Positions 11,736 through 23,625 of a stretch of 64,000 bases of DNA are shown here, in pieces. Made by a program: the position numbers and the translations under genes. Numbering within the stretch: position 1 is the stretch's first letter; every line of letters starts with the position of its first letter. The stretch is from the NCBI RefSeq assembly GCF_963506605.1, contig NC_083288.1, positions 41,478,001 to 41,542,000 of the forward strand, given 5' to 3'. This DNA comes from Zootoca vivipara (Eukaryota). The notes under the pieces were generated by a model, which saw nothing but the letters and a program-made list of their open reading frames with translations, did no database searches and had not been told where the DNA came from.

Positions 11736-13489
11736 AGGAATAGATAGAAATTTCATCGATTCAAAGAATCAGAAGCCAGGAGAAAAATGTATGTGCAGTG
11801 GCAGGCAAGCCTAATGAGGAAGAGCATGACACAACCAGGGGCTACTACTAGAAAGGCCTCTTCTCTTGTTGCCACTCTCAGCACCTCCTTTGGACAGAGA
11901 AGGGCTTCAAGGTGTGGGGAGACTCCCAAGGGCCCCCCAAATATGCTTTATTTTAAACCAATAATATCCCCTCTCACAACACCTTTAAAAGGGTATCGGA
12001 TGTCAACCAGCCAATGGCCTGGTTTAAGAGGAACGCTATTGCCTGGATTCTAAGGCTGTATAATGAAGGCACTAGCTGAACCTCCCTGGGGAGAGCACTC
12101 CACAAATGGGGAGCCACTACAGAAAAGGCCCATTCCCATCTGCCACCCTCCAGACCATTCGTGGACATGTTGAGCTTTTTTTTAGGAGATGCAACAGAAT
12201 TGTTGAGCTTCAATTTGTTGGCTCTCATTTAGTTCATTACTTAGCAAAGGCAAGGCTCTGCACATCCAGTGCCTCACCTGCAGATATAGAACTGTGATGA
12301 TGATGATGATGCATTTTGCATCTTCTGTTGCTTGAACCTGGGAAGGGTCAGTTTAATTGGCTTAAATTGGTCATACAGTTAACCTTGTAGCCTTATCACA
12401 TCAGTCATTGCCACTACTGTATGTTGTTTTGGGGCTTCCAGGCAGCATCTTGCTGACCATTGTGGACACAACTATAAATTGACCTTTGGTCTAGAAGATC
12501 CAGCAGGGCTCACTTTATGTTAACACCCCCAAGGTCAAATTAACTGGTCTTTGAATGCATCAGAATGCTATATTTTAAAATGTGCACAAACAACAGAACT
12601 GGAACAACATTTTTGTCTTAGATACTAAAAACAAGAAAAGAAGCAACACAACATATAAGACTGACACATAGAACTCATGGTTTGTGTTAGTCCATGCCTA
12701 GGGCCTTGCTTCATAAGAAAACAATAACTAAATGAATTCATTTGAAACATTTATGATTAAGTCAATTTTCCAGAGCAGTATGGAGTTGCTGTAAGAACAA
12801 TACAAACATCTGGGGTATTGCTATTTAGATATTTGCCAACATGACTAATCTAATCTAATCTTGAGACATTATTGAATTGTGGGGTTTGAAAAGTTTCTAG
12901 ATGTGGCAACCGGTCCTTGAGTGCATCAGAATGCTATATTTTGAAATGTGCACAAACACCAGAACTAGAACAACTGTTTTGTCTTAGATCTCTGCCCCTT
13001 CTTTCCTTGTCCTATAAAAACCACCCCAACCCAGACTGAAACTCTGACTAAATTAATTTAAACTACCGTACTATCTAGCAGGCTCTTATATTATGATCTA
13101 TGCTGTGCTAAGCTGTTTAGAAGAAAGGCAGGGTGGAAATTTAACAATAAATGCCAATAAAACTGCTGTCTATCATGCATTAAGAATATAATGAAAATGC
13201 TGTTAAGATGATTATTTTTTGTCTTTCTGGGAAACTACCGCAGGCACTCACACAGCTATGATTGCAGCTGTGTACAAAAAAAGCAAATTCCAGCTACCAG
13301 TTTGACCCTTAGAGTGCTTATGGAAAGTAATCACTCTTTACAATCTGTATCCTTCTTCTTGGGTACGGTAGAATGGTGCAGCAAAGCCAAGGAAAGGCCT
13401 TATTAGCGCCACCTACTTGCAGCAGTAAGATCACGACTCGTTCACAGTCTTTCACTCAAATTGTATTCTTGCGTTGGTGTTACAAAAGC

Positions 13490-13590
13490 GCCTAGTCTCT
13501 CGAGAGGTGATTGGCTTCCCTTCTCAGCCAATACCAAGGCAGTCTGCAGTATTTCCTGGCCCGCCTACCTTCTTCCTCTGTCCTGCAGTT
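13490..13590 (+). promoter_or_regulatory. Promoter of the snoRNA host transcript (CCAAT boxes, TCT/5'TOP-like start)
   Basis: TCTCTCGAGAG palindrome ~13496, ATTGG ~13510 and CCAAT ~13529, pyrimidine tract CTTCTTCCTCTGTCC 13569-13583 followed closely by donor GG/GTAAGC at 13602/13603; locally CpG-enriched. Confidence 0.6.
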
Positions 13591-15764
13591 CCATGGCGCT
13601 GGGTAAGCATTTGTCGTTTCTGCTATCGAATCCATTCTTAATCTTAGGTTAGTTCTTGCCATCCGTTCTTGTTACGTCTTTGGAAAGAGTCACGGTACAG
13701 GTGGGGGTTGGGTTGCTAGATTTTTTGCTTTCAGATCGTTTGCATCCCACTCTAGCATTATTGCTCGTGAGTATGCTCTTCACTGCTTCCAAAGCAGCAT
13801 GGTACTGTCCGATTACTACGCCATTGAAAGCGTTTTCGGTGCCTAGTATTTCCCCGTGAAAAACATCCTAGTGGAAATCAAGGCTCGCTCTTCTGTCCCC
13901 TTCCCCAGAGACCACGTGTTCATTTTCTTAATTGCGTCGGTGTGATACGAAATGAAATGCGGGATACATGTTGAAGATGAAGCTTTCGGGTTTGGGGCGG
14001 GTGGAAACTGGGCACGCTCAGGCGAAAGGAGTTTTCTTCTGGCCCATTGAGTTGGGAATGAGAGAGAAAAAACTTCACCGTAGGTCTTTCCAGGGAGGCA
14101 AGAAATCTAGCAAAGTTTTCTACACTAGGAAACTTAATACTGCACCATGTGATGTTCCTGTTGATGGGTGGTGTAGAAATTCTTTTAGTGCAAAAATAGA
14201 ATAAAAGATTTAAGTGTGAGTTTGCTTAGGCCTGTTCTGCATTAAAAACAATTCCCAAGAAATAGCAAAAAGAAGCCCAAAGGTTCTTAAGGGCCTGGTA
14301 TGAGAGAATGCAATTAACACTCTGGCCTTAGAAGGCAATACTTTTTAAGCCTTTATGTATTCTCGTGTTCTTCCTCCACTTTACATTACTGACTTAATTG
14401 GAGCCAAACGTCTCTGAATGAGAGTTGAGGCTTGCTTGTGTGCTCCTTTAATGCTCTCCCTTTCTCTCTGCTTTCTGCAGTCTGCGGGAAAATGGACGGC
14501 TCCTACCTGAAGCATCTGCATCATCAAAGCAGTGCTTCTGGAATGCCCTCATCTGGAGTTAATCTTATGGTTTTCCATGCATTTGGGTAAGTCTTTTGTG
14601 AAGGGGAGTTCTTGTGCCTCTGATTTTGCACTGTGAAAGTATGTGTTTAATGCATTTAAATATCACTCCATTTTCCAAGGAGCTTAAGGTGACATATGCT
14701 GTTTCTCCCTGCCCCACTTTATCCTCACAGCAACCCTATGAGGTTAGGCTGAGGAGAGAGAGAGTGAGTGACCTTCATGGCAGAGTGGAGTTTTGAACCC
14801 TTGCAACTTCTTGGTTTGGTAGGACGTATGTAGTCCTAGGGATCTTTTATGCAAGTGTATTCTGTAAATATTATTTATTAAATTTGTATATTGCCCTTCA
14901 TTCGTAGATCTCTGGGCAGTTCACAACATAAAAATACAAGCTAAAAACACAAAACGCATACATAATAAGAACAAAGAAAAATCAGCAACTATCTTCAGAG
15001 GCAGCCCTGCATATAAATAAGAATGTCAAATTGAACTTGCATGTGGTACACATTTATTTACAGCATTTGTAGCTCTGTACAAACGCCTGTGTACTTAACT
15101 GACAAAAGGCTGAGAGGCACATAAAGATGATGTGGATTACTTCCATTTAAAAGTACAGAATGGTAAAATGGAGAAATTGGTTCAAGGGTTTTTTTTGTAT
15201 TTTGAATAGAAGTTCAGCGATTAAAAAATTGAATGTGTTAGTCTCATACCTAAAAGGGGGGGGGGGAGGAATAAACCCATTAGTTATGGTGCTAGAAACC
15301 TCTAGCCTCATTAGACTTGGCCTGATTGTTAATAGCACATGTTTCTGCTGGAGAAGGGCAGTTATTAATTTGCCCATGCTCTGCCTAACAACTTCCAGTT
15401 TTCTGCTTTTCAGTATAGTCATTGAATTGTGTGCACATATTGCTAAGAAAAGGACAATATGATGATACATTGCCCATATCTGCAACTTTTAGGCTGCCAA
15501 AGTTATGTTCAGTTCATAATAGTGGTTTTCTTTCATAGAGCATGGGTTTGAGAAGCATCAAATATTTCTTCTGAAAAATTCTTGAAAGGGAACCGTTGCG
15601 GTCAGAGATGGGCTGAACAAATTCAGGAAATTCCTAGGTTTTCTGGAAGTCATGGAGTTTGGCCCATTTGGTGATAATGAGAAAAAGGTATGATCTTTGT
15701 TTCTCTTGAAGTAAGAATTTGAGGTATCTTGGTTGCTAAGTAGGAGGTGGCTAGAGACTTGGGG

Positions 15765-15841
15765 AGCCTGTTATGATGAATTGCATGTTCTGTCCGTGTT
15801 TCACCTGATTACCCTGATTATGCACATGCTCTGAGCGGATC
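15765..15841 (+). ncRNA. SNORD126: C/D box snoRNA SNORD126, copy 1
   Basis: C box ATGATGA 15773-15779, D' CTGA 15805-15808, D box CTGA 15831-15834, short terminal stem; guide GTCCGTGTTTCA and CACATGCTCTGAGC match human SNORD126 as remembered; syntenic with CCNB1IP1. Confidence 0.92.
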
Positions 15842-16168
15842 TCTCTTTGGCACAAGTGATATTTCTATTAAAATGCTGTGTGTATTTCTACTTCAGGATA
15901 TTGTTGCCAGACAGATGCAAACAGTAATAACAACTAGTGGTTGTATTTCAGAGAGCATGCGTTTGGAGGAAAATGAACACCAAATACTTCTGAAGAGTTG
16001 CGCAGAGTGAGCAGCTGTAATACAAAATGAACTGAACAAACACTGAAAATACTAGGATTTCTGGAAGTTGGAATTTGATATTGAGAAAAAGGTATGATCT
16101 TGGTTTCTCTTGAAGTAAGAAATTCAGGTATCTTGGCTGCTAAGTAAGAGATGGCAAGAGACTTGGGG

Positions 16169-16246
16169 AGCCTGTTATGATGAACTGCATGTTCTGTCCG
16201 TGTTTCACCTGATTAACCCTGATTATGCACATGCTCTGAGCAGATC
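16169..16246 (+). ncRNA. SNORD126: C/D box snoRNA SNORD126, copy 2
   Basis: C box 16177-16183, D' 16209-16212, D box 16236-16239; differs from copy 1 by one substitution and one 1-nt insertion between the C and D boxes. Confidence 0.92.
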
Positions 16247-17559
16247 TCTCCTTGGCACAAGCGATATTTCCATAAAAATGCTGATTGTATGTTTTCTTCT
16301 CAAGACTTGCTGTTATTTAGATAACAGAAATAGCATAGCAACCTATTGCAACAATACCTGAATGTCTTGTTTATCTTATAGAAGATCTGCCATTCTTTTT
16401 TATAAGGTTAATTAAATATATTGATCTAGGCATATATGTGAACTCAAGAGTTACTTCCCTCAAAGTGTTAGTCATACTTCTCTAAAATGGTAAGGATGAC
16501 CATTTATTTGGACCAATTAGATTAAATCTGGTTTGCAAGCTTTCAGTTACTGAATTCTTCCTCAAACTGGAAGTTGTACCAGGTCATGGTCCTTAGCTCT
16601 TCTCACCTCCCCAAAACTTCAGCTGAACATAAGCAAGAGCACCAAGGCATCAAGGGGTGTAAAAGAAAAAAACATTTAAGTTTTGACTGGTGCTTGGTTT
16701 GTGGTGGCTCATTTTCCTGCAGGGAGGAGGGGATCCCTCAGATGGGTTGTCCTTCCCGCTCACTCCACTCGGCAGGAATATGCAAACTTGAGTTCTTCCT
16801 ATCTTGTGATGGGAGGGTGAACCCTCCAGTTTCCTGCCTTGCTCCTGTGTAGGTCAGGTGACAGTGGCCTTCTATCATCCTCTTAGGAAGACAGCTTGGG
16901 AGGTTTGCTTGATTTTGCACTGTATAGACAAAGAAAAACACCTAGCCAATAGAAATTAGACAGTGGAATAAAATTTAAATTGTCTGTATGGAGACATGAC
17001 ACACTAACCCACTCCAAGGTAACCAAATTTTGAACAGTAGAGAGGGAAGCAAGAAGCACAATCTGATTTAAAGAAGGATGCTTGCTAACTAAAGATCTGC
17101 CACTTTTGCTTCTATAGGACTGATGATTCTAAAGAGATGAGACAGCAATGGTCTACATTCCCCATCCTGAGCCTCTACAAAATGTAAGGACTGAAGCTTT
17201 TTCTCTCGCCACTTAGCAGAAGACATTTGCATCCAAACCACTCATTACTGTCTTGTAAGAAGTTGCTGTTTATATAGTAGAATTTATCTTTCATAATATG
17301 AAATCTAATGGGCACGATTCAAACAAACAAACCAGGCAGTGTCAGTGCCTCTAAAGCACCTTTGGCCCTCCAGATGTTTTCAGACTCCAGCTAGCATGAC
17401 CAGCGGCTAAGGGATTATGGGAGTTAAAAGTCCGACATCCTCAGGAGGGTAACAGGTTCTTTAAAAGGAGTGGGTCATCAAAATAATAGTGGAGAGTTGA
17501 AGTATAAATATGGGTGGGTGGCGTAGGGATTAGTAAGTGTGCTCAAAAGTGTAAATGCA

Positions 17560-17705
17560 TGATGACTGTTCCTCTTGCTGTCGCAAGCCATAGACAGTGA
17601 GATTTTGTGTCATCAAATATTAAAGCTGGCCTTTCTTCACTCAATGTGCCTTTGGATGGGTTGGCTGTCTGTTAGCACTATTGAATTTTGCGGGGCCAGA
17701 CATTT
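17560..17705 (+). ncRNA. SNORA79: H/ACA box snoRNA, SNORA79 family
   Basis: TGATGACTGTTCCTC start, first hairpin closing with GTCATCA, H box ATATTA 17617-17622, GGATGGGTTGGCTGTCTGTTAG in the second hairpin, ACA at 17700-17702 plus 3 nt. Human SNORA79B lies in a CCNB1IP1 intron. Confidence 0.88.
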
Positions 17706-19779
17706 GAAAAACAAATGTGAAGCTTTAAAACGTGACCCAGCAAGCCAAAAGGAGTTTTTTAATGGAATAACGTGAGCTGTGATTGCCTAGCTTTTTAACA
17801 GGAAGCTTGAATTCACATTTCTAAATGTTTAAATCATTTTCCACAGGTTTGTTGGACACAGGCATTAAAGTGAGAACAGTATTTACCTGTTTCAACATGG
17901 GAAAAAGTGGTACAGAAGATGGATGAATTTCCTGTAGCATGTGAAAACAAGATAGTGGCTCTTTACTGTCTCTTGAGTGTTATATGTGTGACCACCAACA
18001 ATAAAAAATTTGTCCTAATATTTAAGTTGTAGTTCATTATCGTCCACATTTACTAAGTGGAGTATATGTTGAATACCTTTTGAAATTGTGTACAATTCAT
18101 ATTAAGAAATAGTCAAGTTTCAGATGTTCACAAATTCGTTGCCAGAGTATAGTTACATCAATATGGTTATGGAAAACAAAGTGTCACATATCTGAAGATG
18201 GGTGAGCAAGTGTACATGGAAAATAGTTGCATCCAGCACATGTTGTATCTCTGGTCTCCTCCCTATCTGACTCTGAGAAAAAGCTGTTTTCCAAAACCAA
18301 CATTTGGAGGTAAAAGCTCCATCTTGATGCCATAAACCTGCTTTGTTCACCCTCACCCAAAATACATAGTTGTGAACAGGGTACTTTCTTTTTTACAAAT
18401 TCACAAGTCATTGCAACTTTGAAAACAAAGGATCTTCCAGTGTGTGTTGCATTTGGTCAGATCCATTGGAATTATTGGACCTTAATCAGATATGTCCCTT
18501 AATCTCAGTGGGTTTTCTCTTGAATATAACAATGTAGCCAATGACAAAGTTTTGCATTTAAATTGACATTTTAATTTTAAAGCCTTGTCAAAGCATATGA
18601 CATCTTGTACAGTTGTTACATCTTGGCAGTATTCATAGTAACAAAGTATATTAGAGATACAACATATCAAGTGGCTAGTTTAGATGCAAACCCTAAGACA
18701 AGGCCATGAGGAGACGACGCCTACACAGGTTTGTAGCAGGATAGGATCTGAATTGGTCTAAATGGAGACTGATTTGAATTTAAGTGTGCTGCTGGAATAA
18801 TGTTCCTGACAAAACCAAGGAAACACTTTGGAATTGCAACACACAGTACAATATTGGTTTATGTATATCTAGTGTTGGGTTGGTGAAAATGTAAACATGG
18901 CTTGTGCGCAGTGAGCTGTAATGGAGTGTTTTATTTGGATGGGAGCAGTGTCACCTGCATATCTAAAATAAGCCTTTATAAAATTGAAAGGGCTCATGAT
19001 TTGTCCAAAACTGCTGTGTCCTAAAATATTCCACTGTGAAGAGTTGTCACTAAGTTCAGCCATTTGGTAGCCTACTGCAATTATCTACCATGAGGCTTCA
19101 TGTAAACTGAGACAGACACAAGAATCCAGAGTCTTCTGAATATTACCAGCCTCTGGCTAAGCTATAGCAAAAGGGTGCATAGCTTTGCCTGGAATAAAAG
19201 GAGCATCAACATTGGGCTGTGTATATACATGATACCTTTACGGCCCATAACACTTTTTTTGTGACTTGCAAATGGTGGTTTTTAGTACAGTACTAGAGCT
19301 GGGAGGTGCAAAGAAATGTTATGAATACAGAGTTCACTTTGAACAAGGCTGATGGGACAGGAAACTTGAAACTTACTCGTTGGCTGTGGCTTCTAGAGTT
19401 ACATTTAAAAAAAAATACTAGGCTCGGGAACAATTCTGATGGACCTTGAAAACTTGCACTGGTGATTGGATTTTGTCTGACTAATAAAGTTCCTTTTACT
19501 GCCATTCCATACAATAGTTTTGGCACTTGAAGTTGCCTTAAATGGATTACGTACTGCATGGGGGCGAGAGAGGCAGTGCCTTAAAACGCTTTTCCTTTTC
19601 ACTGCCCAGCTATTCTTTAGTACTGTATATAAAACAAATGGAGCAACCACACCAAGCTGGGATTCGTAGGGCTGGGGAGGTGCATGAGTGCTTTCTCTCT
19701 GTGTGTTTGTCTTTGTGTGCGCAAACCAACCATTTTTTGGTTGTCGGCAGAACTCCGGCTTGCAACTTTTATAATTCCC

Positions 19780-20290
19780 TGGATGGCACGTGAGGGGCAA
19801 AGCAACGCATTTTAATTTTTGTGACGAGGACGTGGAGAGGTACAGCTTCAAAAACAGTAACAAACACAACAGTTCCGTGCTTGACCAGCGATATGCCCCT
19901 AGCGCTTCGCATTCCTATCCACTTTTCCCCCTCTCCCGCCCCTCGCCTTCTTTAGCGTCTCAGGGGAAACGTTGGCGAAAAGAGCGGGTATTAAAAGTAG
20001 GTTTGAAGAGCGGCGCGAGCTCCGGCCGTTGGAGACGCGGGGGCGGGAGCTGAACAGTTGGCAGGGCGGGGAACCAATCAAGTGAGGCGGCGCGTGAGCA
20101 ACTTCCCTTTTCCCCCCACCTAGGCGTTCTACAAATTTCCCGCCTTTTCTTCGATGTCTATCTCCACCCCCCCCAATCGCCCATCTTTCTAACTCCCATT
20201 TGTAAATGACTGCCTCACAAGCCTACGTACTCATGTCAGTAAAATACCTCGTTCGAAAGTGCTCGAAGTATTACGTCACAAAAGCATCAA
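19780..20290 (+). promoter_or_regulatory. CpG-rich putative CCNB1IP1 proximal promoter
   Basis: Non-repeat CpG cluster with E-box CACGTG 19787, TTTGAA 20002, CCGTTG 20026, GGCGGGA 20042, CAGTTG 20055, GC box 20064, CCAAT 20074 and 20173, TTTCCCGCC 20136, TTACGTCA 20271. Confidence 0.6.
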
Positions 20291-22251
20291 CTTCCTGGCT
20301 TATTTTCTTTTAAAACAGCAGGGTTTTGTTTGTTTTTGCCCCACACACCCCATAGCTACTCGCTGAACTTTTATTGTTTACTCAAGACTGCCACTTTTTG
20401 TTCACTCCGTGACAGCTGTGGGGCAGGCTGAAATACATCAGGTTAATCTTATCTAGTCGATGGATGTTATTAGGGCTTTCCAAAGGCATTTTCTGGCCGG
20501 CTGCTGTGAGAAAAAGGATGCTGGACTAGACTAGACGGGGCTGCTTGGTCTGATCCAGCAGGATTTTATGTTCCTTGAAGGGAAATTCAAACTCTGTTAA
20601 ATTTCTGGGACTTGCCTCCCACTATAAGAAAAATGAACAATGGGTAGTGTTTTAGTATTGAACTGATGTGTTGCGAATAAAAAGTAGGCTTAATGTGTTT
20701 TTTTTAAAAAAACTTTATAAATATTGTTAAAGCCCTAAAAAATTCCTCTGTGGATGGGCATAGGGCGTGGAGGGTGAAGAGCATTCTTTCCTTCAAAGAA
20801 TTCTGGGCACTGTTATTTGTTAGAAAGTGCAACTGTAGGGAAAAGCACAGTGCCTAGAATTCTTCAAGGGGGAGAACAATAGAATTGCAGAGTTGGAAGA
20901 GACAATGTGTTTCAAATATGCTTTAAAAGGTGAACTGACTGATTGGTCTCTTGGCTGTTTTGCACTCCTTGGGCTGTATCTACTCAGAGTAGGCCCACTG
21001 AAATTAATGGAATTTAGTATGGGTTGTATCCAGTGCTCTCCCCCCCCCCCCAGAAAATTGGTGCCTGTACTTGCCATGAAGTTGTTACAGTAAGTGTCAC
21101 ACTTTTGAGTAACCCAATGATAAGAAAGCACTGGTTGTATTCAACATCATTGTTCTACATGTGCAACAAAACTTCCCTCTCCTCAGCAGCCCCCTGTGCA
21201 TCCTCAAAGCCCATTCTGGAGGATCTCTGGAGATTTTGGGGGTGCGTGAGAGGAAGGGGAAGTCCTATTGCATGAGTGGAACTTGACAGATACAACCCTT
21301 GGTCCATTAGTTTCACTGAGATTATTCCAAGTCTGAATAACGGATACAACTCCTTTTGTGACCCCCCCCTCTAAAATTGGTAATATATCCCCCCTTTTGA
21401 ACTCACTGACAGTAAAGAAAATACTACGGATTGTTTTTTTCATACAGTATGTCAACGTTGCAACATATTTTACAGTCTTACTCCTTTCATTGTCCTAACA
21501 ATCCTGTGAAACAGGACAAAATAAAATGACTTGCCTAGCATCTTCCCTAAAGTCCACGACAGAACTGGTACTACGGTATAAAAATGATCTCCTACAACCA
21601 AGTCTGGAAGACATGCTTCAGTACCCAGCACATAATCTATGGAATTCGCTGTCACATGATTTTTATTGATTGATTTAGATGTGGCAATGGTCACTTGCTT
21701 GGATGAGCTTAGAGATTGGACAAATTTATTGACTGTCGAAGGCCATGATAGCTGAATGGAGCATGTGGGCAATATGCCACTAAATTCAGGTGGCTGGGGG
21801 TGAGCTACTGCATGGATTCAAAATGCAATAATAAAGCCTGAGTCAATAAAAAAATGTCCTAATGTGGTTCTGAAAAAGGCACCGGACATCTTTTGAGGAG
21901 GCTATTCTGTAGCTGAGGTGTCACCACTGAATAGATCCTGTCCTTGGAATCCATCCATCTCACTTCAATTAGGGGGTCCTGGAGCAGGGCCTGAGAAGAC
22001 CATCTTAAGGTTCAGGTAAACATATATTGTAATAGGAGGAGCCAATCTTTCAGGTAATCAGAATTGCAGATCTGCTAAATGAAACACATAATGATCTTAA
22101 GTCCAGTTCTTTCCCAGGCAGCCATAGCCTATAAGCAATTTGAAAATCCTGGCATTAATGCTTATTTCATTTTATAGGTGTGGTGTGGTGAATGCTACCT
22201 TTCCATCGCATAAAAAGTACTTTTAATACTTTTGCATTGGTTCCATCAAAC

Positions 22252-22548
22252 ATGTCTGTCTGTGAGGATATGCTTCTTTGCAATTACCGCAAATGCCGAG
22301 TCAAACTTTCAGGCTACGCATGGGTCACAGCCTGCTCACATATTTTCTGTGACCAACATGGCAGTGGGGAATTTAGCCGCTCGCCTGCAGTCTGCCCTGC
22401 TTGCACCAGTGCTCTTTCTGGTAAACTGGATATTGTTCGAACCGAACTCAGTCCTTCTGAGGAATATAAAGCCATGGTCCTATCTGGACTGCGACCAGAG
22501 ATTATTCTGGACATCAGTTCCAGGGCTCTGGCTTTCTGGACATACCAG
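22252..22548 (+). CDS. CCNB1IP1: E3 ubiquitin ligase CCNB1IP1/HEI10, coding exon 1 (RING domain)
   Basis: MSVCEDMLLCNYRKCRVKLSGYAWVTACSHIFCDQHGSGEF...LAFWTYQ; 297 nt; donor CAG/GTAAAC; exon acceptor at 22177/22178. Confidence 0.97.
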
Positions 22549-22865
22549 GTAAACACTCCTTGAACGGGTTTCCACAAATGGCATTTTAAGGTTTTTTAAA
22601 TTTAGCTGTACTCTTTATCTTTTCACGTCAAGAGGAGATGCAGATTGGGGTGGATTTGTAACAGAAAAACCAGACATAAAATAGTTAAGAAACTACCTTT
22701 GGTTAATTAAACATTCTATGGCCTTTTAAACTGTGTGTGTTGGGGGTTATTTGTTTTGTTTTGTTTGTTTTGTTACTATGTTATGCATGTTTGTGTTTTT
22801 ATATTGTAAACCACCCTGTGATCCTTAGATGAAGGGAGGTATAGAAATTAAATTTACTATTGCTA

Positions 22866-23093
22866 TAGTCAAACCTTGGTTTCCGAACGCCTCCATTTTG
22901 GAATGTTTTGGCTCCCAGACGCCAAAACCCCAGAAGTAACTGCTCCAGTTTTCAGAAGCCGAACGTGGTACGTGACTTCTATTTGAGTTTCCCTATTTTA
23001 TTGAAGCTTCCGCTCCAGTTTCTAGTTGTTGAACGTTTCGGAAGTTGAACGGTCTTCCAAAACGGATTACGTTTGGCAACCAAGGTTTGACTG
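22866..23093. mobile_element. Tigger-like MITE
   Basis: TIRs AGTCAAACCTTGGTT ... AACCAAGGTTTGACTG with TA flanks. Confidence 0.75.
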
Positions 23094-23291
23094 TACAGTA
23101 CTACTACCGTATTCCAGCCTCCAATCTGCTCAATTTATGCTAGAGATTTCAGCTGAAAGAGAAAGGAAGAAAAATAATGAGGAAGAATAAAAGAATTAAG
23201 GGCTGGGGAAATACATTGAGCACATGTTGCTTGACCCTGACATCACAGTGGCTCTTATGCCTCCTGCTTACTCTATCTTCTATCCTTGCAG

Positions 23292-23625
23292 GTTCATCAG
23301 GAGCGTTTATACCAAGAATATACCTACAGCAAGGCAGAGGGCCACCTGAAGCAGATGGAGAAAGTCTACACCCAGCAACTCCAGAGCAAAGATGTTGAGC
23401 TGAGTTCCATGAAGAGTGAGGTGTCCTCCCTAAAGAAAGTACTGGAGGAATACAAAAAGAAATTCACTGAGCTCTCAGAGAAGCTCATGGAGCGCAATCG
23501 GCAGTACCAGAAACTGCAGGGCCTCTACGACAGCCTACGCTTGCGCAACATTGCTGTGGCCAACCAGGAGGCAGGCCAAGAGCCTCCTATGATGCCCCAG
23601 CCTCCTGTATTTGGTTTCTCTTTGG
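23292..23625 (+). CDS. CCNB1IP1: CCNB1IP1 coding exon 2 (coiled coil)
   Basis: VHQERLYQEYTYSKAEGHLKQMEK...ERNRQYQKLQGLYDSLRLRN; 334 nt; CAG/ acceptor and G/GTAAG donor. Confidence 0.97.

Larger units (their letters stand above)
13572..18025 (+). ncRNA. Spliced snoRNA host transcript (corresponds to CCNB1IP1 5' non-coding exons). Predicted exons ~13572-13602, 14481-14586, ~15493/15539-15687, ~15897-16091, 16305-?, 17118-17183, 17847-~18025
   Basis: Canonical AG/GT sites place each of the three snoRNAs in its own intron; no long ORF; AATAAA at 18000-18005. The exon chain is inferred. Confidence 0.6.

Noticed and set aside
1-13400. RPPH1 or PARP2, expected upstream by human synteny
   Set aside because: No RNase P RNA or PARP2 exon sequence recognised in the window.
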